Source of the DNA: an uncultured delta proteobacterium
GTDB lineage: Bacteria; Desulfobacterota; Syntrophia; Syntrophales; UBA2185
Direction: 5' to 3'
NCBI GenBank assembly: GCA_963695875.1
Contig: CAVOID010000012.1
Location: 32,001-96,000, forward strand
Length of the DNA stretch: 64,000 bases
In this document: piece by piece, positions 1 through 11,041 of the stretch
How positions within the stretch are numbered: the stretch's first letter is position 1
Layout of the letters: every line of letters begins with the position of its first letter
Made by a program: the position numbers and the translations under genes
Notes under the pieces: generated by a model
The model's input: only the letters and a program-made list of their open reading frames with translations
Databases searched by the model: none
What the model was told of the DNA's origin: nothing

Positions 1-145
1 GCATTATGCTCGATTCTTTTACACTAAGAACAAATAAACCCCGGGTCGTAAGATTCTTATGGACTGAAGCGGTATTGTCCGCTTCGAGTATTCCCTTGAT
101 TAAATCGCCATTGGCGTCCAATGCCTTATAGGAATAGTTGCTCAT
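1..145 (-). CDS. Type II/IV secretion inner-membrane platform protein (PilC/GspF/MshG family), N-terminal part, truncated by window edge
   Basis: ATG at 145 overlaps the ATPase stop (ATGA). Reads MSNYSYKALDANGDLIKGILEADN..., the typical PilC/GspF N-terminus, similar to 39398..40621 (MPNYTYQAINERGAIITGDIEAES). Confidence 0.85.
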   Translation of the reverse strand, partial: MSNYSYKALDANGDLIKGILEADNTASVHKNLTTRGLFVLSVKESSIM

Positions 146-1788
146 CCCGTCACCCTGAGTAATTCCTCCAGAGATATAACGCCCTGAGCAACCTTACGCA
201 GGCCGTCTTCTTTTAATGGTATCATACCCTTTCGTTTAGCGGCCGTCTGTATGGCAGTGATAGGAACATCGGAATAGATCAAATCCCTTAACTCATCGTC
301 GATGGTCAGAATTTCTCCTATAACCAACCTTCCTGCATAACCGGAACCGTTGCACTTAGGACATCCAGTACCCCTGTATGCCTTGTCGATCTGTATTCCA
401 TATTCTTTGAAGAGTTCCTGCTCTTCATTACTGAGACTATGATCTGTTATGCAAAACTGGCATATCTTTCTGGCAAGTCTCTGAGCGATGATGGCCAGCA
501 ATGATGATGATACGAGAAATTTATCCACCTTCAAATCCAGAAGTCGTGGTATCGCAGTTACCGCATCATTTGAATGAATGGTGGAAAGGACAAGATGGCC
601 TGTGATGGATGTCCGTATCGCGATTTTTGCTGTCTCTTCATCCCTTATTTCTCCGATGAGCATTACATCGGGATCCTGTCTCATAAAATTTCTTGCAGCA
701 AAGGCGAAATCATATCCAGTCTTCTCGTTAACCTGAGTCTGTTTCGTCAGGCTTAGTTTATATTCAACAGGATCTTCGACGGTAATGACATTTCTCTCTA
801 GGAGGTTTATTTCCCTGAGGGCTGCATAAAGGGTGGTTGTTTTACCGGAACCCGTGGGACCAGCGATAAGAATAACGCCGTAAGGTTTTTGGAACAGCGA
901 CTTGATTATTTTCACACTTGGCTCATCAAAGCCAAGTTTATCAATCCTGAGAAGGGGACCGGTACCTGCGAGGATACGCATCACTATATTTTCACCGTAT
1001 ATTGTAGGTATAGTTGATACCCTGATATCGTATCCTTTATGGAGAAAATCGAACGTGAAGGAACCGTCCTGTGGCAGCCGCGTTTCTGCAATATCGAGCT
1101 TGGAGAGAATCTTTATCCTCGATACGATTCCTGCATGAACGATACGTGGAAGCCCGTGCCCATGATGCAATACCCCGTCAATTCTATAGAATATGTGAAT
1201 GATATCTGATGCCGGCGAGATATGTATATCTGTTGCATTTCTGCGGATCCCGTCCATGAAGATGAGATCCGATAGGGCTGTCACAGCAGGACCGCTAGCG
1301 GTTTTGGATTCTTTGATTTCTGTGATGATTTTTTCTCTGTTCTGCTGGATCGGATTCTCGAGAAAAAAATAGCCTTTCTCCAGAGATTCCCGAAAATTGT
1401 CGGGGTCAACCATATAGACTTTCGGCTGATTCCTCGTGATGGATGTGGCCTTGTCAACAGCGATAATATTACTTGGATTGGTCACACCTATGCTCAACCT
1501 TCCATCCGTTATTTCAATGGGAATGAAACCTGTTGTTTCCGCAACTTCTTTCGGAATGAGTTTTAGGGCTTCTTCGGAAACGGGGTACTGGCCCAGGTCA
1601 ATGTACTCCACACCCGCCTGCTCGGCTAGGGCTTGACCGAGTTCTTTCGATGAAACAAAACCTAATTTTACGACCGCATCACCAAGAAGCTCGCCTGTAA
1701 TTTTCTGCTGGACAAGGGCGATCTGAAGCTGGTTTTTATTGATAAGGTTTTTGGACTGAAGGATTTCTCCAATCTTTATTCGTGCCAT
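142..1788 (-). CDS. Type IV pilus/T2SS assembly ATPase (PilB/GspE/MshE family) with N-terminal MshEN-like domain
   Basis: Walker A GPTGSGKTT, EDPVE, RQDPDVMLIGEIRD, GHLVLSTIH, Zn-binding CQFC...CPKC; N-terminal KIGEIL..LIxxxQLxxALxQQ tandem motif. Confidence 0.95.
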   Translation of the reverse strand: MARIKIGEILQSKNLINKNQLQIALVQQKITGELLGDAVVKLGFVSSKELGQALAEQAGVEYIDLGQYPVSEEALKLIPKEVAETTGFIPIEITDGRLSIGVTNPSNIIAVDKATSITRNQPKVYMVDPDNFRESLEKGYFFLENPIQQNREKIITEIKESKTASGPAVTALSDLIFMDGIRRNATDIHISPASDIIHIFYRIDGVLHHGHGLPRIVHAGIVSRIKILSKLDIAETRLPQDGSFTFDFLHKGYDIRVSTIPTIYGENIVMRILAGTGPLLRIDKLGFDEPSVKIIKSLFQKPYGVILIAGPTGSGKTTTLYAALREINLLERNVITVEDPVEYKLSLTKQTQVNEKTGYDFAFAARNFMRQDPDVMLIGEIRDEETAKIAIRTSITGHLVLSTIHSNDAVTAIPRLLDLKVDKFLVSSSLLAIIAQRLARKICQFCITDHSLSNEEQELFKEYGIQIDKAYRGTGCPKCNGSGYAGRLVIGEILTIDDELRDLIYSDVPITAIQTAAKRKGMIPLKEDGLRKVAQGVISLEELLRVTG

Positions 1789-1830
1789 ATGGTTCGCATC
1801 CTCAATGCTTATATAACTGCCGACATTAGA

Positions 1831-1980
1831 CCTTTAGAATTGCATAACACGTCACTGCGAGGTGCGAAGCACCGTGACAATCTTATGCTTTGTCGATAAC
1901 TTGATAGTACTTTCACTTCCCTTCACACTGAGCTCGGGGTTTCAGCTCACCGCAATGACAAAGCGGCCATTTTTCAAAGG
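1831..1980. repeat. REP/MITE-like palindromic element (GTCAYTGCG...CGCAATGAC family)
   Basis: GTCACTGCG (1851) ... CGCAATGAC (1959), outer CCTTTAGAAT/TTTTCAAAGG; same architecture at 53055-53157. Confidence 0.7.
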
Positions 1981-1994
1981 TTCCCAACATATCT

Positions 1995-3543
1995 TTATTT
2001 CGATATAATCGTGGGCTGGATTAACACAACCAGTTCTGTTTTTGTTACAGTTTTTGTTCTGCTCTTAAACAGGTAACCTAAAATAGGAATGTCTCCCAGC
2101 CATGGGATCTGGTTGTCAGTGAACTGTTCCCTGTTACTGATAAGACCCCCGATTATGATTATCTGTCCATTCCCCACCTTCACAGTCGTATTCATTTGTC
2201 TAAGGTTAATGGTGGGCAGTTGAATTAAGAACGGAAAATTACCCGAGCTGTCCGGTGTACCCAGCTTCTGTGAATCCAATTTGACAAGGTCTGAGGTAAT
2301 AGGAGTGATGCTCAGGGATATCTCGCCACTTTCACTGACAAAGGGGACGATCCCGATCATGATGCCGGACAAGCAGACTGCTTGTGTTCACCGTAAAGGT
2401 CGTTACAGGGGTGGTACTGACTGTGGTCGTTGTTTGGATATTTGAAATATAAGTTGTATCCTGCCCCACGCTTAAGATAGATGTCTGTCCGTTCATGACG
2501 TTTACACGGGGATTGGACAGGATTCTCGTTTCCCCCTGGGTTTGAATGGCACGGAGAAGGGAGGTGAAATCAGATGCTACGGTTGCTATGCTGAAGTTAG
2601 GGGTTGAGGTCGATACTACCTCGGCAAAGTTTTTTGTCGCAAAAGTTGCGTTCTGACCTTCGCGGGTGTTTAGCACATAATTCCAGTTAATGCCGAATTG
2701 GAGGCCGTCGGACAGGGTGACCTCAATGATTTTCGCCTCCACCAGAACCTGCCTGTTGATGACTTTTTTGATTGTATTTAGATAGTTTTCAATTCTTTCA
2801 AGATTTTTTTTCGTTGCCGTAACAGTGATGGTTCCCATAAGCCGGTTGACCACAAAGGTCTGTTGTGCAGCGGATGTGGCTCCTGCCGGTGTGCCTATGA
2901 TTTTTTCGAGGGATTTTTCAATGACGTCCCAGAGGTTGTAGGCAGTTTTGTCGGTTTCTGATTTTTGTCAATTTTTCCCTTGACATAGTGCTACCGCCTC
3001 CGGTACTCGCAAGAGCACCGCCAAGCATGTCGCCGCCCTAGGTCTGTATTATAGGTTTGCACAACTGAAGGAATTCCCAATTCATAGGTTCTGGTGATTG
3101 TGGCTTTAATAAACAGCATGTTATCTTTTATCGTATAGAAATAGTCGGCGGAAGCGCAGACCCTGTTTAAAGCATCCTCCGCGGTGACATTCTTTAAAGT
3201 GAGTGTTACGGGAAGATCAGGAAGAACCTCTCTTTCCATGACCAGATTAAGCCCCGTCGCCTCTGAAATGATAAAGAGGACATCTCTCAGAGGAGTGTTT
3301 CTGTGCGGAAATGTCAACAATTCTCGTCTTGAGCGGTGATATGTCTTCATGGACAGGAACGAAATCCGGTGTTTTTACCGGTGTGGCAGGAGTAACTTCC
3401 GCACCTGTCATTTCTCTAGCTTCCTTTGGTATCTGGATTTCTCTTTTAATTTCCATTGTAGAACAGGAGATCAGACATATGAAAAGTCCCAGGAGAAAAA
3501 ACGATTTTGACATGGAATAAGTACTTAATCTAACTTCAGCCAT
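1995..3543 (-). CDS. Outer-membrane secretin, MshL-like lipoprotein (split by indels into 4 ORFs)
   Basis: Fragments 3247-3543, 2991-3350, 2332-2853, 1995-2372 are collinear secretin parts: lipobox LISC, N-domain, QVLVEAKIIEV, LSNPRVNVMNGQ, IPWLGDIPILGYLFKS...KTELVVLIQPTII. True start may be ATG 3513. Confidence 0.9.
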
Positions 3544-3974
3544 TTTTCACCTTCTCTATTTTTTAACAAGATCTTGTCTTTTTCAATCCTTGCGATTGTT
3601 TGATTATCCACTTTGTCGCCCTCATGCACAAGCTTACCGTCAATAATAGCTAATTTTTTATTCTGATTGACGAGAATGAAGGACACTCTTCTTCCCGCGG
3701 TCGCCGGCGGAGGCACCATTTCTTCAAGCGAAGTCTTTCGGGAACCCCTGCTCTGAGGTTTTAGTCGGATCGATCGGATTTTTTATAGAACTGATAAGTG
3801 ATTGCTTCCGCTCAGGCAATCTTGGGGGTATTTTCATAGGTAAAGCTGAAGACTTTTTGCTCCACAGGAGAAAAGGAGGGGGCGAAATTTACTTTTGAAA
3901 TCAGAAAAATAATAATTAAGGCAATGAGCAGGAATCGATACAAGAAAAATGATAATTTTTTTATTCTCGTTCAC
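3525..3974 (-). CDS. MshK/PilP-like small bitopic pilus assembly protein (frameshifted)
   Basis: GTG 3974 overlaps the upstream stop. N-terminal hydrophobic stretch; C-terminal VSFILVNQNKKLAIIDGKLVHEGDKV beta domain. Located between PilO-like gene and secretin. Confidence 0.65.
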
Positions 3975-4513
3975 GAACCACTCCCCATGTTGGCTGATTG
4001 CATTTTCAATGTACCTCTAATATCAAAATTGATTACTGCAGTTTTTTCATTTGATTGGTCTGAGATAGACAGACTGTCAATATGAAAAAGAGGCAATGTT
4101 AGTGATTGCAAATAGCCTATGTAATTGATAAATACCGTGTAGTCCCGAATCTGTCCCGCCACGGTTACAGGCAGTGCAATTTCATCTCCCTTTTTTTCAA
4201 AATTTGCAACTGTGATATCAATGCCTCTCATACGTGACTTAATAGAATCGACAGTAGTTAATATTGAACCTTCCAATGCCTCAGTCTTATCATATGATGG
4301 AAAGATTGATCTGACATTTACCAAAGTTTCATCCATGTGTTTTGATGCCTCTTTCATCTTTACACTATTTATTTTGAGAGTCTGAAATTTATTTAATGTG
4401 TCTGAGAGGCTTGCAATGTAAGTCTCCGACAGAATTGAACCTGAGACAAGTACTGTAGCACATAAAGCGGATACAGCGTAATACAATAAAAGCCTTTTGA
4501 GCTTTGCATCCAT
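3971..4513 (-). CDS. PilO/MshJ-like pilus assembly protein
   Basis: Single N-terminal TM, coiled coil, ferredoxin-like C-terminus (LPVTVAGQ..YTVFINYIGYLQSL..FHIDSLSI); operon position. Confidence 0.65.
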   Translation of the reverse strand: MDAKLKRLLLYYAVSALCATVLVSGSILSETYIASLSDTLNKFQTLKINSVKMKEASKHMDETLVNVRSIFPSYDKTEALEGSILTTVDSIKSRMRGIDITVANFEKKGDEIALPVTVAGQIRDYTVFINYIGYLQSLTLPLFHIDSLSISDQSNEKTAVINFDIRGTLKMQSANMGSGS

Positions 4514-4534
4514 GGGGGAGCGCGTTCTTTAGGG

Positions 4535-5888
4535 TTAGATTTTGTTTTCGACATCAATTTGGAAATGTCCATCCTTTAATTCAATGTTTTTTGATATTAC
4601 CCTCATACCCGGAACATTGCTGAAATGAGTATGGAGTTTTATAAAAATTCTATGCATGTCGCCGTAGTTTTTCGCCTTGATAATACCGGATACCTGGATC
4701 AGTAAAGAATCTTTTTTATTGTTCAATTGGATGGTCTTAATTTTAACGTTTTCCATGGGAAGGAATTTAAGTGAAATTAATGCCTGTAGTATATCAGGAC
4801 TTGAGTGCTCTTCATTGACAAAATTAATTAGAGGTAGAAACTGTTGCATCCTTTCCATGTCTTTTTCATATGCAGATGTGATTGCATCGACTCCTGCAAG
4901 GTCTTTTCTTAATAAATTAATTTTTTTATTCGTCAGGGAAATTTCCGACAGATTGATTAAAATGTGTCCCAGCGCGATAAGGGAGAACAGAAGAAAGAAA
5001 ACAACGGCATAAGAAGCTATGCGTTTTTGGGTATACAACAGTCCGTATTTGCGAGGCAGAAGATTATCATTCCTGAGTTGTTTCCCGAAAAGGATAGCTG
5101 ATACCGGCGCAGCAAAATTTCTTAGAGTTTCTTCGGATGCAAGGACAGTCATTGGATAGGTGATGTTAGTTGTTGGGATGATTGTGTTAAAACCACTTTC
5201 TTTTTTCACTGTATTCATTAAAATAATCAGCTCAGGATTCAATCGCAAATTCTGTCGGCAGTAGCTTACGGTCATATTGATATTGTCGATATCAATATCA
5301 GTAATCTCCCATCCCATGGATGGTGTAACTCTGACGAAGCAAACCTTTCCATTCTTAACGAGAAAAAGAGTCCTATCTTTTTCAGATATTAAGAGGGCAA
5401 GAACCGTTTTACTCTTCCAGTCATCTGATGATCTTATTAAATGAGAAAGTGTCAGAACATGGGGATATATGTATTTCGCTGACTTGCCATATTTATTGAA
5501 TCGCTCTGAGATTTTATTCAGCTCATCATTATCGACGGCAAAGAAAAATACCTCCCTTAGTCCCTTCTCGCCGGCAGTTGTTTCCGCCGGAACACTGTAG
5601 AAATAGGAAAAATCACGCAATTCGGGAAAGCGTTTCCTTATTTCGGCCTCGACGATTTTCTTAAGATAAGCGGGTTTTGCAGGGGGAGCAGTACAGGATG
5701 TCGCTGTAAAATCTTTTGAAGTTGCAGACCACAGTTAGATCAGGTAGTCGCGTAGTCTTTAAGAAAGAGTCAAACTCCTCATCCTTGAAACTAGTGGTCT
5801 TTTGAACGACTGTTCTTCCCTTATCGGAAGATGCGTACACCACCTTAACCAGATTATCTTCGAAGCTGACCGCTACTTGTTTACTCAA
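4535..5888 (-). CDS. PilM-PilN (MshI/GspL-like) fusion, frameshifted near 5660-5690
   Basis: ORF 5661-5888 gives the actin-like N-terminus (VAVSFEDNLVKVV). ORF 4535-5620 continues with NLLP motif, TM and PilN-like C-terminus (LIQVSG). Confidence 0.7.
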
Positions 5889-6177
5889 TGGTTCTCCTTC
5901 CTGGCATGTTTCCCATTACGTCCGTGTCAGAATTTACTCATATATACCCTGTATTTCTTATGCTTTCAAGTGTTTTTGTAAATTATCACGATTACTTACC
6001 AAGAGGATTTCTCTTTGATTCCGGAGTAAAACAATACCCGTCCAAAATATATGGTAAAAGAAAAATTGACAAATTTCTTAATAAGGTAATCAGTATAAAA
6101 TTTGAAATAATTCTTCTTCTTTGCTACTGTTAAATATCGAAAGACATTGTCATTAGATTCAATGAAAAGGATTTAGA

Positions 6178-6855
6178 GTGGAGAAGTTAGTAGATATCAG
6201 ACCGGGAATGAGCGTTAATATTGTCTTGAATGTTGATATCGATAAAGAAATAGCAGACGTAAGAAATGCAGTAGTATATGATGCAGATGGTGTGGCCGTT
6301 GTGTTATCTCAGACAAACCCACCCTTTACGAAGTATCATATCGGTACAGAAATAACAGTTACATATCTTGTCAAGAGGAAAGAAGCTCCCAGTCGAATTG
6401 GTTTTTCTGGAAAGGTGATTAGCATTTTGAATGATTACAGCCTCCACTCATCAAAAACGGTACAGGCCATTAACATAGTCAGAGAGAGTGAACTGAAGCT
6501 ATATGATTTAAGAATGCACTACAGGGTTAGTCCGAAATCAGATAGTGGAATACACCTTTATGTGGGAGGTGAAAAAGTTAATCTCCTTGATATTTCGATG
6601 GGCGGCGCTCGCTTTTGCCATCCAAGAGATAACCCTATTGAGCCAGGTGTAATGATAAAAATGACTTTAATTCTTGACTTAGAAAGGTTTGATATTGAGG
6701 CAAAATCAGTGAATGTATGGTATCCTTACGAAGCCGGAAGACGGGCGGATTTGGAATATGTGTCTGTTCAATTTTTCAAAATGGACAAAAAATGCAGTCA
6801 TTTACTAAGCGGAAAAATCCTTACAATCCAGAGAGAGTTTCTGTCCAAAATTTGA
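6178..6855 (+). CDS. PilZ-domain c-di-GMP receptor
   Basis: RMHYR (RxxxR) and DISMGG (DxSxxG) motifs after a YcgR-like N-terminal region. Confidence 0.85.
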   Translation: MEKLVDIRPGMSVNIVLNVDIDKEIADVRNAVVYDADGVAVVLSQTNPPFTKYHIGTEITVTYLVKRKEAPSRIGFSGKVISILNDYSLHSSKTVQAINIVRESELKLYDLRMHYRVSPKSDSGIHLYVGGEKVNLLDISMGGARFCHPRDNPIEPGVMIKMTLILDLERFDIEAKSVNVWYPYEAGRRADLEYVSVQFFKMDKKCSHLLSGKILTIQREFLSKI

Positions 6856-7191
6856 AGGAAGCATCCTCCAAAGTCATTAAGCATCTTCCTTAATAACCTC
6901 AATCCCTAAACAATCACTCAGCCATATTATATTTCAGTATTTGTTTTTCAATACGATTGTTGTTTTAAGATTCCGCTGTCGGAGTTCAGACCTCGAAAGA
7001 GAGTGCAAGGGAAGGCCTGGCGGGTTGTGTCCCATAGTCAGTTTTTAACTTTTCATAAGATCATAAATTATTGATTATTATCAGCATTGGAATAAAGTTT
7101 TCATGGAATATGACGATATAAATTTTGGATACCTTGGTGAAGAATATATATGTGATAAGTATTTTAAACGACCTGATCGGGGAAAAAGGAA

Positions 7192-7542
7192 ATGGGAATA
7201 ATAAATCTTGAAGATATTCAGCTAGATATGGTTCTAGCCAGTGACATAAAGGAACGCAGTGGTCGTGTGTTATTGGCTGAGGGCAGCAAAATCAGTGAGA
7301 AACACCTGAGGGTATTCAGGATGTGGGGCATCACCGAGGTCGATATTAAAGGTATTGAAAAAGACGAACTTACCGCCAACGTGGTTGCTCAACTTGACCA
7401 GAATCTTTTCCAGGAAGTAGAAATTCAGACTCGCGAACGTTTCTGTCATGTGGACATGGAGCACCCGTTCATCAAAGAACTGTTTCGAATACTCACACTT
7501 CGTTTGGTCAGACGGAGATCGAAAGGACAAAATGATGATTAG
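7192..7542 (+). CDS. Hypothetical protein resembling the N-terminal extension of HD-GYP/HDOD proteins
   Basis: DIQLDMVLASDI...GRVLLAEGSKISEKHL..FRMWGITEVDI pattern; RBS AAGGA; overlaps the HDOD gene start. Confidence 0.65.
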   Translation: MGIINLEDIQLDMVLASDIKERSGRVLLAEGSKISEKHLRVFRMWGITEVDIKGIEKDELTANVVAQLDQNLFQEVEIQTRERFCHVDMEHPFIKELFRILTLRLVRRRSKGQNDD

Positions 7543-8428
7543 AAAACCGGAAGATCTTTTGAAAGGTTTGGTACAAGTGTCATCTTTGCCTGTCGTCTAT
7601 ACCAGAATTAACGAGGCAGTTAATAATCCGCAATCTTCCATGAAAAGTATCAGCGATATAATAAGTGATGATCCCGGCCTGACTTCCCGGTTGCTCCAGC
7701 TTGTTAACAGCGCGTTTTATAGTTTTCCTTCAAGAATCGAAACAGTAAGCCGTGCCCTTTTTATCGTGGGTACACAACAATTACGCGACCTTGCTCTGGC
7801 AACTTCCATAATGAATCTGTTTAAGGGAATACCTGAGGACCTTGTAAATATGGAATCTTTCTGGAGACATAGTGTAGCGTGCGGTCTCGCTGCTAAAATA
7901 CTTGCAACCTATAGACGGTGTGACATGAACGTGGAACGTTTTTTTGCGGCTGGCATCATTCATGATATAGGCCGGCTCATCATCTATAAAAAAATACCGG
8001 ACACGGCACGGGAAATGATTATCCGCTGCAAGGCAAATAGGGAATTATTGTATTCAGTAGAAAAGGAAGTAATAGGTTTTGACCATTCGGATTTAGGCCG
8101 CGTATTAGTGCAATTTTGGAATCTACCGCCATCTCTGGAAGAGGTGGTTGCCTATCATCATTCACCACGGGAAGCGAGACGATATCCTATAGAGACAGCC
8201 GTGGTTCATATAGCTGACATTATTGTTCATGCAATGCAGTTTGGAAACAGCGGAGAACAATATATTCCACCTATGGATGAGAAGGCGTGGGAACTCATTG
8301 GAATTCCCACAAGTGTGTTGTCACCCACATTGGATCAGTTGGAAAGAGAAGTTAAAGATGTTGTGCAATCCTTATTCGGAAAATGTGATTATGCCGAAGA
8401 AAACCGAAAAAATAAAGTATCTGTTTGA
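7532..8428 (+). CDS. HDOD-domain signal transduction protein
   Basis: [45 protein letters not shown] motifs; ATG 7532 follows AAAGGA. Confidence 0.9.
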   Translation: MMIRKPEDLLKGLVQVSSLPVVYTRINEAVNNPQSSMKSISDIISDDPGLTSRLLQLVNSAFYSFPSRIETVSRALFIVGTQQLRDLALATSIMNLFKGIPEDLVNMESFWRHSVACGLAAKILATYRRCDMNVERFFAAGIIHDIGRLIIYKKIPDTAREMIIRCKANRELLYSVEKEVIGFDHSDLGRVLVQFWNLPPSLEEVVAYHHSPREARRYPIETAVVHIADIIVHAMQFGNSGEQYIPPMDEKAWELIGIPTSVLSPTLDQLEREVKDVVQSLFGKCDYAEENRKNKVSV

Positions 8429-10601
8429 ATTAGAAGAACGGATAAAATATTTAGAGGAAACAAATCGGTGGACGCTGGATGCGTTGGACATGGTTGTATC
8501 CCTGGGAGATTTTAAGAACAGCATCAACCCTCCGGATCAGGAGCCTGCTGTAATTTTCAATGCGGCCAGGACTCATCTGAAGCGCCTGATGCCATTCCAG
8601 GTTTTGGCGCTTTTCATGATTGACGAAACAAATTCTGATTTTGTTCTTGTAGATTGCGAACCTGAAACAGATTCTCTTATGATCGAACGAGAGGTGGACT
8701 TTCAGATTTCCGAAGGGGTTTTTGCCTGGGCATTGTATCAAAACCGGGCAGTTACGGTTCCGGCAAAATATTTCAATCATACGGTAGTATTTCATCCATT
8801 AGTAACACGATCGCAGATAATAGGGATGATGGTTGGAATTCTTATAAATGATGAACTGGCTGTTAACAATGTATTGTCAAGCCTCCTTACGATAATATTG
8901 TTAAATACGGCACGGGCACTTGAGAACACCATTCTATATAAAAAAATAAATGATACGAACCGACAGCTTGAAGATATAGTTAAAAAACGTACGGAAGCCT
9001 TGCAGAAAGCTCTGGAGGCAGCAAACGTATTGAATATCGCCAAAAGTCAATTTTTGGCGAACATGAGCCATGAAATCAGGACACCAATAAACGGTGTCAT
9101 CGGCTTCACCGATTTGTTGTTAGATGCAGGTCTCAACGAGGAACAGCTCAGCTATGTTAACACAATCAAGAAAAGTGGAGATGCCTTACTCTTCCTGATC
9201 AACGATATTTTAGATTTCTCAAAGGTTGAAGCTGGGCAGTTGAAACTCGAGAATGTCGACTTCGATCCGGAGGAAGTGGCATATGATGTCTGCGATATTG
9301 TTCAGCTTAAGATCGGTGGCAAGCCAATCTCTTTATTATGCCGTATCGGTGACGATCTTCCTTCCTCTGTAAAGGGGGACCCTTACAGGTTCAGGCAGGT
9401 TCTCTTGAATTTGATGGAAAATGCTGCAAAGTTTACTGAAACCGGGGAAATAGAACTTTACCTTTATGGAGAAGATAAGCAGAACAGCCAGGTGAAGATG
9501 CACGCAGAAGTAAGAGATACCGGTATCGGCATTCCGAAGAACAAGTTATCTACAATTTTTGATTCTTTCCAGCAGGTTGATTGTTCTTCCACCCGTAAGT
9601 ACGGCGGGTCCGGTCTTGGGCTGTCCATATGCAAACAACTGTCGCAGTTGATGAACGGCGACGTATGGGCTGAAAGCAAGACCGGCAAAGGATCTGCATT
9701 TCACTTCACAGCTTGGCTTGATGAATCTACCAGGGAAACTTTTAAAAATTGTACTTCTCTTACAGGAAAGAGGGTTCTTATCGCCAGTGAGAATAAAACA
9801 AATCTTCATATTTTGTCACACATGATTGAATCATATGGCATGCGGTTTGCGAAGATAGAAAAAGGGGAAGAGGTCTTGCCCGCTTTGATCCATGACTATG
9901 ATAACGGTAATGCCTTTGACTTCTGCATGCTGGATATCAGATTAGCAGATATAAGTGTTAATAAGATTGTTGAAATGATCCAAACAGCAAAAATTAATAT
10001 CCATCTGCTTTTATTCGGCCCTCTCAAGGAAAGAATTATCCTGGAACAGGATATATCGGGCATGATTTCCTTTGTTGAGGCACCGGTCAGGAAACAGAAG
10101 CTGATTCACACCATGGAGGAACTTATTAAAGTACCTGAAAGCAGAGACATGAAGAATAATCTGAGGAACGAAAATCGGGAATATCGGCTTCAGGTGCCAC
10201 ATGCAGGTAACTTCTCACTCAAGATACTTCTTGCAGAAGATAATATAGTCAATCAGAATTTAGTGAAAATTATGCTGAACAAAGCAGGGCATAAGGTAGA
10301 ACTGGCAAGCAACGGCAATGAGGCGATTGAAAAACTTAGCATAACAAATGATGACTTTGATTTGATCTTCATGGATATTCAAATGCCGGTAATGGACGGC
10401 CTGGAGGCCACAAAAGTAATCAGAAGCAAAGGGTATGGAGATATCCCCATAATCGCCATGACAGCCAGCGCGATGGAGGAAGACCGTGCAATGTGTCTCC
10501 AGGCAGGTATGGACGGATATCTTACGAAACCGGTTAGGATGGAAGTTGTAAAGGAGATAATAGAGAAATGGGCTCTTCAAAAGAAACACATATCAATCTG
10601 A
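8391..10601 (+). CDS. Hybrid sensor histidine kinase (GAF-like, HisKA, HATPase, 2 x REC)
   Basis: [42 protein letters not shown]; receiver motifs FCMLDI and [12 protein letters not shown]. Likely start ATG 8391 within ORF 8223-10601. Confidence 0.92.
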   Translation: MPKKTEKIKYLFELEERIKYLEETNRWTLDALDMVVSLGDFKNSINPPDQEPAVIFNAARTHLKRLMPFQVLALFMIDETNSDFVLVDCEPETDSLMIEREVDFQISEGVFAWALYQNRAVTVPAKYFNHTVVFHPLVTRSQIIGMMVGILINDELAVNNVLSSLLTIILLNTARALENTILYKKINDTNRQLEDIVKKRTEALQKALEAANVLNIAKSQFLANMSHEIRTPINGVIGFTDLLLDAGLNEEQLSYVNTIKKSGDALLFLINDILDFSKVEAGQLKLENVDFDPEEVAYDVCDIVQLKIGGKPISLLCRIGDDLPSSVKGDPYRFRQVLLNLMENAAKFTETGEIELYLYGEDKQNSQVKMHAEVRDTGIGIPKNKLSTIFDSFQQVDCSSTRKYGGSGLGLSICKQLSQLMNGDVWAESKTGKGSAFHFTAWLDESTRETFKNCTSLTGKRVLIASENKTNLHILSHMIESYGMRFAKIEKGEEVLPALIHDYDNGNAFDFCMLDIRLADISVNKIVEMIQTAKINIHLLLFGPLKERIILEQDISGMISFVEAPVRKQKLIHTMEELIKVPESRDMKNNLRNENREYRLQVPHAGNFSLKILLAEDNIVNQNLVKIMLNKAGHKVELASNGNEAIEKLSITNDDFDLIFMDIQMPVMDGLEATKVIRSKGYGDIPIIAMTASAMEEDRAMCLQAGMDGYLTKPVRMEVVKEIIEKWALQKKHISI

Positions 10602-10906
10602 AACAAATGGCAGAAAATGTCGGTTTGGAAGAGGACGAATACTTGTCGTTGCTAATACTCTTCATTGAAACAACCATTTATTATTTAAGCGAGTTAAAAT
10701 CTGCGATACATAATGGCGATTCAAAAAGAGTTTATGAAACTATCCATACCATAAGAGGTGCTGCCGAAAATCTTGGCATTCCAGACATATCTGAAATAGC
10801 CAAAACGATAGAAATAAAGGCACGTCAAAATATTCTGGAAGGTGCTGAGGAAGCAACGGAGTGCTTAGTAAAAGAAATTGAATATATAACAGAAGTTTAT
10901 CATTAG
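10568..10906 (+). CDS. Hpt (histidine phosphotransfer) protein
   Basis: [11 protein letters not shown] motif; all-helical ~110 aa protein downstream of a hybrid kinase. Confidence 0.85.
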   Translation: MGSSKETHINLKQMAENVGLEEDEYLSLLILFIETTIYYLSELKSAIHNGDSKRVYETIHTIRGAAENLGIPDISEIAKTIEIKARQNILEGAEEATECLVKEIEYITEVYH

Positions 10907-11041
10907 GATAACAAGGATGTAGTATAACTTAAGCTTCGGGATTCTTTATATTGCCGTCAAGATTTACGCATATTTTTGACTGTAGCCATATGCGGTCAAC
11001 GTTGAATATAATAGCAGGCAATAGCCGGACAGAGGAAGATT

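Noticed and set aside
6972..7033. c-di-GMP-I riboswitch-like fragment (CTCGAAAGAG..GCAA..GGCCT..GGCGGGTTG) near the PilZ and HDOD genes
   Set aside because: It lacks the GGCAAA/GACGCAAA core and a convincing P2 stem; the resemblance is too loose without an Infernal search.
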